Assembly: GCF_001194135.2 (NCBI RefSeq)
Contig: NC_069007.1
Span: forward strand, 10,804,330 to 10,839,442
DNA length: 35,113 bases
Reading direction: 5' to 3'
Source: Octopus bimaculoides
Lineage: Eukaryota
Positions 22,795-35,078 of the stretch are shown here, in pieces; within the stretch, counting starts at the first letter, position 1, and the number at the start of each line of letters is the position of its first letter. The translations under genes and the position numbers were made by a program. The notes beneath the pieces are model-generated. The model worked only from the letters and a program-made list of their open reading frames with translations, had not been told where the DNA came from and made no database searches.

Positions 22795-24981
22795 GTGTAG
22801 CCATTGTATACAATCAACACACATTTATCCTGACCAAACAATAACCCTATATCCTTTGAGAATGTTGTAACCAGGTCAAGGCTCTTTTTCATCTCATGCA
22901 TATCCTTGGCATATAGTTTCAAGACAACTACAAAAATATAGTGTGTAATTTTGGTATTTCTGTTTCCTCAAGAACCAATGAGATATCCTTCAGATTTCCT
23001 TAACATGAATGATAAGGGGTTTACAAAAAATATAAACATCACAGAGACGTTGTCCCCTTGGAATATACTTCTGTGATATTGTATTCTATCAGTGATAATA
23101 CAATCACTTCTTGTATTTAACTTCAAGATGGTGGCCCACAATGAAGTCAGCTTAGCTATGGTTTTGACTATGCTCACTGGAATTTAGCAAGTCGAAGGAC
23201 TTCTAGCATCCATGATTGGGGGACAGAGTCAAAGACTTTCTTGTAGTCCAACCACATTGAAACGAGATTCCTCCTCTGCTCCCACACCTCTGACGTTACA
23301 GTTCTGTTGATTAACAATTACTTCACACATTCCCAGACTCCCTTCTTCCCAGCTGCTTGTTCTGCTGTGATGATGTTATTACTTTCACAATGGTCTGGAA
23401 GGAAGAGGTTTAAACATGCTGTACATATTTTATACATAGAGTTTTGGTATGCAATTGGCCAGTAACTTTTTGCCATATGGGTGGTTCTGCATGTGGGGGG
23501 GGGGTCAGTTTTGTCTCTTCCAGAGCTAAACAGTCTGATATGCTACTGTTCCTGTTGAGAGCTTGCTGGTACAAGTTGATAAGATATGGTTGGTAAGAAG
23601 TTAGTTTCTTGTACTAATATCCAACAATTAAGTCTCTTCTAAGTACTTTTCCATCCTGAAGTTCCTGGATTACAGTCATAAGGGGATCACCATCAATGTT
23701 GTAAGTCTTGGGAGTAATGCATGGACAATAACTTCTTCAAATTTCTTCCAGCCACTGAGCATCTTGGTTAAACTCCATCTCTTCACTCCAAATTTTCTTC
23801 CAGAAGGAGTCTATGTCTTCTCAAGAAGGAGCTTCTATGATGTACACTGCTTCTCCTCCCGTGTCTCTGCACACTGTTGCTTAATTCCAGTTAAATTTTT
23901 AGTTTATTGTTTTTCTCTCTGTTATTCTCTTCTGATGTCAGAGTATCTCACGGACTTGCAGTGACAAGCAGGAGTATCTCCTGCTTGAAGGTGATTAGTT
24001 TGCAAGTGAGTGTTCTCTTTTTGCTATCTCCAAACATCACTTCTATATCCTTCTTCACTTTTCGTTAGCAAGACGTATTGTGATTAGTTTGTTTGCAAGC
24101 AATAAGTCTCATCACATGGTTGATAGTCTTCCATAAATCAGTTACCATTTTTCTCTGTCTTCAAAACCCATGATGTCACTTTCTTCATTGTTTCAGTTTT
24201 GTTTACTTTTTGAGCGTCGTTTATATACTGCTTTGCAGTAGCAGACAAGGCATATAGACAGGCGTTAATCTGCCAGAATGAAGGTTCATTACACTGTTTT
24301 AAACACTCCTCTCCAATTTCATTAAAAGATTTTAATACTGTGTCTGGTGGCATTTTGTTTACTTTGGTAGAGAATACTCTCTCTTCACAAAAGTACTTCA
24401 AAGCCAAAGATATTTTTTCCTTTCTTGAAGAATTTTAGTAAGGCTATACTTCACCACTAAATAACCCTGATTACAACTACTACAATAATCATTATGGTTG
24501 TGCCTGCTATTTATCATAGTCATAGAAGAGCAACAGTGGTCAGTTATTTTAGCCTGTAATGTAGTTTGGCAGACAGAGTGGTATCTATTAGAATGTCACT
24601 AACTGTGAAACCATGTGGTGTTCTAACATCATTCACATTTTCATTTATATTGTTTGGGAGAAAGTTAATTTCACTAACTTTCTTCCTATGTTGCATGACC
24701 TTTCCTTGATGGTGTAATTGCTTCACAGTAAAATGATTTAGTCCTGGATGCAGATCATCTCAGTATGATTTCAGTCTTTTCATATGTCCAACTGCAGAGT
24801 TTTGTTTCACCTTTTTGTAACAGTTAAACAAATTAGCATTCAATTCATAGCTCCAAGGAAAACGTATTTTGTAGTTATGGTTTCTTCTGTAACTACAGCC
24901 AGAAACAATCTGTCTACCTGCTGAGCTGTTGTTTCCCTTCTGTTTCTCGGTTGTGTTGTTGTTGTTGCTGTGTCCTGTCAT
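22795..24981 (-). mobile_element. Decayed R4/Dong-type non-LTR retrotransposon (N-terminus through RT, 3'-truncated)
   Basis: WSYELNANLFNCY..GHMKRLKSY*DDLHP; FWKKIW; AKSYWPIAYQNSMYK; EQAAGKKG; WLDYKKVFDSVPQSW; IFQGDNVS...VNPLSFML; THYIFVVVLKLYAK; FSKDIGLLFGQDKC. Multiple stops and frameshifts. Confidence 0.85.
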
Positions 24982-25425
24982 GTTGTTTGCAGTAACTTAC
25001 TGCACGGTAAATTCAAGTTTCAGTTGAAAATCACTACAATCATAAATAAAAGGCTCCCTCAGTTAATTCATCGGAAGATTAACCAGTTATTTAAGAGGTC
25101 TGATAATTGTGGTTTCAAAGTTGGAGATAGTATTCATTGTATTTTCGATAAATAGTCCCCCTCGCCAAATATGTGACTTGTCACTTCAAGTGGGTGATTG
25201 ATGTATCAATCACATACATATATACAGATGTACGTACGTATGTATGTATGCATGTATGTATGTATGATTGTATGCATGTATGTATGTATGTATGTATGGA
25301 TGGATGGGTAAATTGTTGCCATTTTATATTTTTAATTTCGTGCATGTGCATTGTTTGATTTTGATTTTGTTGACTACACAGTATAGTAGGGTCAGTTGGG
25401 CACCATCTGTGAGAAAGACAGCACC

Positions 25426-25540
25426 ATGATGCAATTCACTCTGCCAGAAATTTGGAAATGACATGCTGTAATACTTGGTATTCATGCTGGATGCTCCAAT
25501 ATGAATATTTCAGAGTGTTTGAGTGTTAGTCTGAGGACAG
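25426..25540 (+). mobile_element. Tc1/IS630-superfamily transposase N-terminal remnant
   Basis: MMQFTLPEIWK*HAVILGIHAGCSNMNISECLSVSLRT resembles an HTH start (recognised from memory). Confidence 0.45.
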
Positions 25541-26000
25541 ACAGTGCAATCTGAGGAAGGAAGGTGTGTAATGTGTGATCATTGCATTGACCATGACAGA
25601 GAAAGTTGTCATGGAGATACCTGCTCAGAGGCCCACCCAAAGCTGCAGAAAGTGTATGGAGAAGAGTTTATGAGCTGCACACAAATGTATAAGTAGTTCA
25701 GACATTTCCAAGATGGCTGAAAAATGTCGATATTGTTGAACGTTCTGGGAGAACTGAGAAAATATCGCAGATGTGCGTGCAACTGTGAGGGGAAATCGTT
25801 GAATTACCATTCGTGAATTATCAGAGGATGTGCAGATTAGTTACGGTTCAGTTCAATCCATTATCACTGAAGATTTGGGTATGAGACGTGTGTCTGCCAA
25901 GTTTGTGCCAAAACTGCTTTCTGCTAACCAAAAAGACACTTGGGTTTCAGTTGCACAAGATCTTGATTGTGTCAAGAACGATGAAAACTTTTTGAAAACT
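25541..26000 (+). mobile_element. Mariner transposase 5' fragment
   Basis: MTEKV..DTCSEAHPKLQKVYGEE...ITIRELSEDVQISYGSVQSIITEDLGMRRVSAKFVPKLL (WVPxxL-equivalent motif). Confidence 0.9.
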
Positions 26001-26246
26001 TTGTGTAGGCCTCTGAGCAGGTATCACCAAGTTTTTGGTAAAATTTGATGCAGATTCTCTGCTCCACTTTTTCTGTCACCTACCTTCCAAGCACTGCTGT
26101 AAACTGTGGAAGTGAGCTAGAATGTTAAAACTTAGTACACATGCACAGCAGAGTTCAAAGTCAATCTACACCAAGCAGCTTTACTCTGCGTACTTTAGCT
26201 TCATTACTATGGCAACAGTCCGGATACTTATTGATCAGACCATGTA
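25997..26246 (-). mobile_element. Inverted mariner 5' end (TIR + first codons)
   Basis: Minus strand TACATGGTCTGATCAATAAGTATCCGGACTG TIR-like end, then TEKVEQRICIKFYQKLGDTCSEAYTK. Confidence 0.85.
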
Positions 26247-26497
26247 TTTATATTTTTATAATAAATTTCAGGGTAGTAAAATATTATTTAGAATTTTTTT
26301 TTTTTTTACCACCGTGGCCGAGCATGTAGAAAAACTAGTCAATAGACTATATATTATTCATTATATATACCTCGTACATTTAAACACATAAGAGATGACC
26401 ATAATCGGACATCTAAACCGTTAGGAGTAGTTAAAATCCAAACTACAATTAGGGGTAATTTCGAAAGAGAATGTAAAATAAAAACATTTACCATCTA

Positions 26498-26572
26498 TTT
26501 CCTGGACCATGATTTCAAGCTATTTTCAGCAAATAAAGTAATTTGCTAGGCAAAGCTTTCATCATCAGGAAA
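26498..26572 (-). ncRNA. Type I hammerhead-ribozyme-like motif, PLE architecture, C3A core
   Basis: TTTCCTG-ATGATGA-AAGCT[...AGCAAAT/ATTTGCT...]AGCTT-GAAA-TCATGG-TC-CAGGAAA: 7-bp stem I, GUC triplet, self-complementary ATCATGGT. Confidence 0.7.
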
Positions 26573-27041
26573 GCCAAAGATTAACAATATATGCCCAAGG
26601 CAATACAGAACATATATATATTTTTATATATATATATACACACACAAGTGATTGTACCCGTGCTAGCAAGCCAGTTATGTATAATTTTTAATATCTTAAA
26701 CAAGTACCTACAATATTTGATATCATTTAGATTACAATGTTTTTTATTGATTTACGATTTGTTTGTAGATTTGAGGTTAATTTTCAGCACAATCATAACA
26801 ATTTGTTGCTATATTCAACTATTCAACATTAATTGAAGTAGACAGCAGTAAGTAACTGATTAATTATCCATGAAACAAAGGAAATGGTTGTGGAATTGAG
26901 TTTGTTAAACTGTAGCTTAGCGTTTAAAGTACATAATTTAAGGAAAACTAAATGTGATGTAACTGCTGATGCGATCACTTTGGTAGAAAATACATTGCAG
27001 TTCCAGCTGTACTACTGCTTATATTGTAGCTCTTTTCCTAT

Positions 27042-27490
27042 AATAATCATCATCATTGTCATTTAGTGTCCATTTTCTATGCTAAAATGGTTTGACCAGA
27101 ACTGGTAAGCTAGATAGCTGCACCAGGCTCCAGTCTGTTTTGGCTTGGTTTCTGCAGCTGGATGCTCTTTCTAACGCCAACCACTCCATAGTGTACTGGA
27201 TGCCTTTGACATGTCACAGGCATGTGTGCCTCTTATGTGCCACCAGCATGGGTGCCTCTTATGTGCCACCAGCATGGGTGCCTTTTATGTGACACTGGCA
27301 TGGGTGCCTTCTATGTCTCACCAGGTACAAGTGCTTTTTATGTGTCATAAGCACAGGTGCTTTTTACAAATTACTGACACAGGTGTCCTTTACATGTCAC
27401 CAACACTGGCCACAACTATGATTTCACTTATTGTGATATGTATTCTCAAGCACAGTAAATCACCAAAGGTTTCGATCACTTGTCATTGAC
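27042..27490 (-). mobile_element. RTE 3' end with 26-bp minisatellite in the UTR
   Basis: RTE terminus and CAGCTGGATGC motif; about 8 units of GGGTGCCTCTTATGTGCCACCAGCAT at 27198-27405. Confidence 0.8.
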
Positions 27491-27509
27491 GATGTAGGTA
27501 CGAATAAAT

Positions 27510-28245
27510 TACACAGACATGCAGGAAGTAAATAGACGCCTTTAATTTTTAAAATCTTTTATTTAATATGCAAAGCAAACAATTGAAATGTAATCGATTG
27601 GTAGGACTACATACTTTAGTATTTAGTTGACATTCCCTTTGCAGTTTTTAATTCAGAAACTCTTTTTGGCATTGAACTGATGAGCTTTGTGATTGTCTCT
27701 TGTGGAATTTCTGCCCACTTTTCAAGCAACAATTCATCTTTAGATTTAGGTTTCTGTCAAGTTTCTCATATAGCTCTATCTAGTTTGCTCCAAAGATTTT
27801 CAATTGGGTTCATGTCAGGAGATTGGCTCGGCCAAGGAAGCTTTTTGATCCCATTTTCAGTCAGCCATTGTTGATTCCTTTCACTGTGTGGCATGGATCC
27901 CCATTTTCCATGAATAAAAACTCATTTTTCATTATGTTATCGTGTGAATACATCGGAAGTAGTCCTTGCTTAAGTATTTCAATGTATTTTTCAGCGTTTA
28001 TGGTTCCAAACCATTCGATCAGCTCAGAATGACCATTGCTTGTGACAGCTCCCCATACCATTACAGAGATACCACCATGTTCACAGTTGGTTGGAGTCAT
28101 TTCAAATCAAATTCTTGATTGGGAAGCCTCCAGACCCAAACACATCCACTATCTGAAAATAATGCAAATCTGGATTCATCTGAGAAAATCACTCTATCCC
28201 AAAATGAACTGGATTTTTCTGACATCTCCTTAGCCCATTTCTTTC
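27510..28245 (-). mobile_element. Decayed Tc1 transposon, catalytic domain and 3' end
   Basis: WDRVIFSDES; HGGISVMVWG; KYIEILKQGLLP; FMENGDPCHT; WPSQSPDMNPIENLW; SMPKRV..AKGMSTKY* (stop 27616-27618). 5' half absent; second catalytic Asp degenerate. Confidence 0.92.
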
Positions 28246-28489
28246 TTCAATAAATAAAGTACCAGTCATGTACTGGGGTTGACTCTTCACTTTTCTTTTT
28301 GTCTGTTTGTCTCTCTCTACTTGAAGAAATCAGCAATGGTCAAATATAAAGAGGCATGGGCTCTGCCAGGCCTAAAAGGGAATGCCTAAGATATGCTGTA
28401 TATCAAGATGGCACTCTACTGACTCCATCAGGAGCTCAGGGCCCAATGCAAGGCATATATATATATGCAACATAAATATATATATAATC

Positions 28490-28658
28490 TGTTTATTCTT
28501 TTATTCTTTTACTTGTTTCAGTCATTTGACTGTGGTCATGCTGGAGCACCACCTTTTAGTCGAAGAAATTGACTACTAAGTTATGGGGATGTAAACACAC
28601 CAGCATCAGTTGTCAAGCAATGGTGGGAAGGACAAACACAGACACAGAGATACACACA

Positions 28659-28709
<51 letters not shown>

Positions 28710-28865
28710 CAGGCTTCTTTCAGTTTCTCTCTATCAAATCCACTCACAAGGCTTTGGTCAGCCTGAGGCTATAGTAGAAGACACTTGCCCAAGGTGCCAT
28801 GCAGTAGGATTGAACCTGGAGCCATGTATTCGGGAAGCAAGCTTCTTACCACACAACCATGCTGA
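28490..28865 (-). mobile_element. SINE family A with internal deletion
   Basis: Same blocks as the other copies. Confidence 0.85.
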
Positions 28866-28934
28866 TATATATATATGTGTGTGTGTATGCAAGAGTCTTT
28901 TTTTTTGTCATGCAAGTACTTGGTAACCCTATCA

Positions 28935-29235
28935 GTGCAGGTGCCACTTAAAAGCACCCAGTCTACACTGTAAAATGGGTGGCATTTGGAAAGACATTTA
29001 ACTGTGTAAAACCTAGTCAAAACTGACCTTACCTGTGCTTGTGTCACATAAAAAGCACTAAGTCCAATCTGCTGAGTGGTTGGTGTTAGGAAGGGCATCC
29101 AGCTGTAAAAACTCTTCCAAAACAGTTACAGAAGTCTGGTGCAGGCTTCTGCCCAGCTGGCTCTTGTGAAACTGTCCCACCCATGCCAGCATGGAAGGCG
29201 GATGTTAAACGATGATGATGAGGATGATGATGATA
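28935..29235 (+). mobile_element. RTE 3' UTR with (GAT)n tail
   Basis: GTTAGGAAGGGCATCCAGCTGTAAAA...CCCATGCCAGCATGGAAGGCGGATGTTAAACGATGATG. Confidence 0.8.
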
Positions 29236-29569
29236 TATATATATNNNNNNNNNNNNNNNNNNNNNNNNNNNNNNNNNNNNNNNNNNNNNNNNNNNNNNNN
29301 NNNNNNNNNNNNNNNNNNNNNNNNNNNNNNNNNNNNNNNNNNNNNNNNNNNNNNNNNNNNNNNNNNNNNNNNNNNNNNNNNNNNNNNNNNNNNNNNNNNN
29401 NNNNNNNNNATATCTCCAATTGATATTAGAGTTGTTTAGTATTACAAATCAGGCATTAACTGATTTTCATTCACATTTAATCAATAAGTTTTCCAGTTGA
29501 ACAGTTTGTTTTACATACGTATTTTATATCTTTTTCCTTTTTTTTTTCTTAATCATATTTTATTTTCAA

Positions 29570-29745
29570 AATCATCATCATAACTATCATCGTCATCTTC
29601 TTCATTGTGTTGTCAGTCACCACCACAACCACAACCACAATCCCCCCCCCACCACCACCACCACTACCACCACCACCACCACCACTGCAGCCATTACATT
29701 CAATCATCATCATCATCATCATCATCATCAACAACAATGATGACA
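29570..29745. repeat. Compound (CAT)n/(CAC)n microsatellite
   Basis: Direct reading. Confidence 0.9.
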
Positions 29746-31265
29746 ACTGCTCTCAAGTGAAGCGCAACTGAGCACACACTTGTATTTATTATTATAAATA
29801 GTTACAGCTGGTTCCATTCCATTACTCTGATGCAGAGCAGTAACCTTCAAATGGTGTCATCTGTGACACTACGTCAATATGAGTAAACATTGCAGGTTCT
29901 GGATTAATTCAACAGTTTACACTGTTTGAAAATTCTTTCATCGGTTTGGAACTGTACTGGAGTGTAACAAACAAAAACTATTAACAATAAATACTAACAT
30001 TACCTGAAGGTATTGAGTACTTTGTTTATGATATTAGTCTTCAACACTGTTCTACGTAAGATATAAAGTATATCCACTGGTGAAGTTTCAGATTGGGGAT
30101 TCAAGAGTTTTAGGGAGTAGGGTATTACTCCTTAGTCACCTGTATCACCTAGTGGTAGTATTGTCCATGGCCTCAGTTATGGGCCAAATAACAGAAGATG
30201 GTCCTATAGCTATGATATATAGGACTTAGAGGTAGGCTGGTCCCCTAGTCATATGTCATGCTGGTTAAATGATGTGTGGACATGTCTTGATGTCACATGA
30301 ACGAATGCTACTGCCTCACAGTTTAAATAAGTTCTGTGCCCCAAATGTAAGCTTGGGACAGCAAAGAACTAGCAAACTCAACTTTAAATAAACTGGCAGA
30401 AGACAAGGGGAAACCATTGTTTCCCAAAAATCATGAATGCTGGAACTTTATGCAATACAAGTAGTGTGATGCAAATGGAACTTCCAATGGATATGAATAT
30501 ACAATATTGAAGGAATAATTACTATTCAAATATTATTCATAAAATTATACTATGACTATTAATTCATGTGTCACAAGTGACTCCCGACATCATCAGGTGA
30601 ACATTGAAATAATGCAAGTTTGAAGAAAACACCAGCATCCAAAGGTGTTTGAATGGAAAGATGAGAGAAAATATAAAGGAAGGCAATAAGTCCATGTGGC
30701 CTGGCAAACTGCAATGAGAGAGGAGAGAATCAGAGAGAATGAGCCAAAAATAGCAAATTTACAATTGGTAACACCTGATCTGAAATGCTTAAACACAAGA
30801 TATGAACATGGAAACAAGTGTCCCAATGTTATTAAAAGCTGAAAAATCTATCTAGGATCTGACTACAGCAGTGAGCACACTCTAATTCTGACTTAAATAA
30901 ATGTAAAATTAACAAAACCCGCTCAATGACTGTAAAATCACCAAAGTTAAATATAGAACTAGGTTAGCACATGAGAGAAAAAGACACAATGGTGATTAAA
31001 ATAGACTGTGCTGGAAGAGCTAACAAATGCAGAAACCCAGTGAAGGAAACCTTAAGGAGTGTGCAAACGAGGTAGGGAAAAAATATGGTGTGTAATCAGT
31101 TAAGACACTTGGTCTTAAATTCATGTATTTTTTTCTGTTGAATTGATGTTTTTTTCCCTTTTTTCTTTCTTTTTCTTTCTTTGTTCCTCTTTTTCCATTT
31201 TTTTACTCCTGGGTTTTTGACTTGTATTTTTAATGTGATTTTGTATTATATACGTATCAGATACA

Positions 31266-31326
<61 letters not shown>

Positions 31327-32626
31327 GTGTTATATTCCAATTAAAGTTTGAGGCAAAGTAACACATTAAAAAATGGGTGTCAGATGAAATTTAATCTCGT
31401 TAGAAAGAATAAAAAAAAAAAAAACTGATGATAGGAAATACCAAGAACTGAATAAAGAAATAAGATGAAAATGTGAAGAGGTAAAAGAACAGTGGATGAG
31501 AAATGTGATTATATTGTGAGATTGTTCCAAAGGGAGTCACTGTACATAAAAAAAGAGATGGAAGTCTTATCTGTTAATATTTTTCTCTCTAGCTTTGTTT
31601 TGTGATGTGAGGTATAATGTGTTGCAATTGTGTCTCATTGTAAATGCATTGTGAGCGTACAAGAGAATGTTGTATTTGTATGGCAAATGTAACTATTAGA
31701 ATGATAAAGTTTACAACTTTCACTTATAATGAATTATCTACTAGACTAGATGATAAATTATGGAAGCAATATCACAACACTAAGCTGAAATAAGTCTGGA
31801 AATTGTCAATAAAAATGAATTTAGGAACTGTATTGTTCAAGACAAACTACATAAATCATAAAATATGAAAAAATGTAATAAAAGCATTTAAACTGGAATA
31901 TAGGTGTATATATATATATATATATATGTTTTCTGTACTTATATATATATTTTACAATTGTTTCCATAAACAGACTGTTTTTATTCCATCACATACACAC
32001 GCACATACATACGTATCTATATACATATATATATATTTATTTATTTATTTAATAATTAAGGGTACTACAGGTAGCACCGGCATGCAAAAAATATGTTGCA
32101 TAGTGAAACTGTACACTTCTCCCAGTAAAAAGTGGTAGTAGCCAGCCATTATAAATAGACCAGTAGCCAGTCAACAAGAGTAGATAGAGAAGGTTGGGAA
32201 GGTTGAGAGTAACAAGAGTACATGTCGACTGTGTTGATAGTCGTGTCTGTGCTGATGTAGTAATTATATTATGATACTGAGTGAACATTATAACAATCCA
32301 AACTTTTGAGGATAATAGCACTGTGCAACTGGGAGCTGTAATGTGCCAGATAGAAATATTCTATTGACGACTTTGGAATATAACAATATCTGTCAGAGCG
32401 ACACACACTTACACACACACACACGCATGTACATACACACACATGAATGTATACACACACACATGTACACATATACATGCGTGTACACACAGATGCATGT
32501 AAACACACACACGTACACAAACATGCATGTACACACACATGCATGTACACACGCACACACTGATTTATACCCGAAACCAAAGAGGGAGCCCGGTGTTGAG
32601 TGCATATATGCTTATCCTTATGTGTG

Positions 32627-32677
<51 letters not shown>

Positions 32678-32715
32678 AATTTAGTTCATGAACCCCCAGT
32701 ATTACCTTTGCAGCC

Positions 32716-32757
32716 CTCCAGGGTTCCACAGACCAAAAGCTGGGAAATACTGCTCTA
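32716..32757. mobile_element. Single hAT/Charlie-like MITE end
   Basis: GGGTTCCACAGACCAAAAGCTGGGAAATACTGCTCTAG resembles a CAGTG.TTCCCAA terminus; partner end not found. Confidence 0.35.
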
Positions 32758-33320
32758 GGCCAATATGATAAATAAAGATACCAGTTGTATACTGAGGGAT
32801 TCTATTAGACCACTGCTTCACAAAGTTGTTGGCTTGTGGTGAGAAATTATCATTTAAATTTTATCAGTTAGTTTAAACAAATGTCCAAGTTTTGTATTTG
32901 AACAACAATTCTGAAGAGGCTGAAATTTTAATTACATTGGAATTTTAATCAGATTTTCAATACATGTCCATTATGTATACACACATTGACATGAACGCAC
33001 TTATATTATAGCATGTAAATATATACATATATATATCTATATCTCTCTNNNNNNNNNNNNNNNNNNNNNNNNNNNNNNNNNNNNNNNNNNNNNNNNNNNN
33101 NNNNNNNNNNNNNNNNNNNNNNNNNNNNNNNNNNNNNNNNNNNNNNNNNNNNNNNNNNNNNNNNNNNNNNNNNNNNNNNNNNNNNNNNNNNNNNNNNNNN
33201 NNNATGCCAAGAAGAAAATGAAGTGAATCAAGAGGTAGTATTCATCAGCTTTTAGACATTATATTATGTCTATTTATTTATTTTAAACAGTTCAGATAAT
33301 ATATATATATATATATATAG

Positions 33321-33370
<50 letters not shown>

Positions 33371-33951
33371 CTGTGTGTATATATATATTTATACATATAT
33401 ACATATATACACACACATATGCACACATGTTATAGCATGTAAATACACATACATATCTTTTATAAATCCATACACTCCCCGCCCCACACACACACATGCA
33501 CATATAATGAATTAATTAACTTGGTTGAAATAAATTTATCATGTTCAAATAGTTTTTTGGGGATGTTTATTAATGAATATCAATATACAATATTGAAATA
33601 CATAATAATTAATATTCAAATATTATTCATAAAATTATGCTATGACTATTAATTAATGTATATCATGTGAAATAGACTTCTGATTATTTACAAAGATAAT
33701 TCTGACATCAATTCTTTTCAAGTATATTTAAAAAAGAAAGATACATGAATGATATAAACGTCCCAAAAATATTTGTTCTCTCTGACAGGAGAGAAAATTC
33801 TCTGAGATTTATACACATTTTGGACTTCTTTCAAACAACATTAAAAAAAAAATCTACTGAAGGAAAAATTGGCGCATAATGTTAGAATTTATTAAGAAAC
33901 CCAGATATTAGTCATCAAACTTAATAGAAATCTTTAGCATCAGGTAAACCT

Positions 33952-34026
33952 TAAATTACATTTAAAGACCATAAATTACATTTAAAGACCATAAATCACA
34001 TTTAAAGATCATAAATTACATTTAAA
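33952..34026. repeat. 20-bp tandem repeat, ~3.75 copies
   Basis: TAAATTACATTTAAAGACCA units. Confidence 0.9.
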
Positions 34027-34865
34027 TTAGTTGTCATTAGCAAACTATTTTAAATGCCTGTTGTACTAAAAAGCAGTTAAACCACTAATCCATCTTCATG
34101 GAAAAATTGTTCCACTCTAATCAATTAATGTCACCAAATAAACTATAAGCTTGAAATTTACCCAGTTTAACATAGAGGAATCTTCACCTGCCATATGAAC
34201 AGTCATCAGCATCATAAGACAAGGAAACACCTTAATTATTTAAAGAACATAGTTTAAGATTGACATCTATGATTGACATTAATGTAATTTATTTGTTCTA
34301 TTACACTTATATATGAGTAAATATTGCTCTTATAGGAAGCTTCAGGAATTGCTGGTATTTAGTAACAAGTCTTCCAGTAATCTTGAAAAATTTAGTGAGG
34401 TGCATTAGCTGTCACATTTCTATTATTTTGTAAGTTAAAAAGTGTTTCTACTTTACTTCATTAGTAACAATGACATTGTGTTGGTGCAAGAGTAGATCCT
34501 AGTTTGAATTCAAAGGTAGGAGTGATAATGGTTATGATAATTGTAGTGGTGGTGGCAGGTAGTGGTGGTGGCAGGTAGGGGTAGTGGTGGTAGTAGCAGA
34601 AACGCAGGTGCTTAAGTATCAGCCTAGTACTGGGGAGAGTTCTTATTTCTTAATTTCTCTCTTTCCTTTTGAGCAAATTGCCTATTGCCAGACCCACAAA
34701 GGGATGGGCTCTACTAGGGTTAAATGCCTGAGGCGTGCTGTAGGTCATCATTGTGTCACAATGTTCAGAGTCCTTGGACAAGTCCAAGATATATTATGTT
34801 TCGATATTCTGTCCTTCTCCAGCACTTATACTGTATTTGGAAATTCTGTACTTTGGCAGTATATA

Positions 34866-35050
34866 TATATATGTATATATATCTTGGAGAATTTATGAAT
34901 AAAACAACAGACGAAGACAGGTGGTGTAAACAACAAATGAATGTATTAGTTTAACGCTTGGGAATAGAGAAAGTCTTTGATGTTTTGAGCTATGCTCTTT
35001 AACTGAAAGGAACACAGAAAGAAATAAGGAGAGAAACAAGGAGAAAAAAT
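34866..35050 (-). mobile_element. Penelope-like terminal repeat fragment, second copy (hammerhead remnant 34975-35009)
   Basis: Reverse complement aligns with 14822-14985: TTCCTTTCAGTTAAAGAGCATAGCTCAAAACATCAAAGAC...TTAAACTAATAC. Confidence 0.55.
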
Positions 35051-35078
35051 ATATAAATGTAGTGGTCAGCGATCTATA

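Noticed and set aside
23965-23987. 10-bp perfect hairpin inside the LINE remnant
   Set aside because: Real but isolated; probably a local template-switch event with no sign of function.
30593-30826. Hydrophobic 77-aa ORF suggesting a GPCR segment
   Set aside because: Reverse complement of purine-rich DNA, no diagnostic motifs and no clear splice sites.
32911-32930. CTGAAGAGGCTGAAA hammerhead-like core
   Set aside because: No room for stem II and no matching stems I or III.
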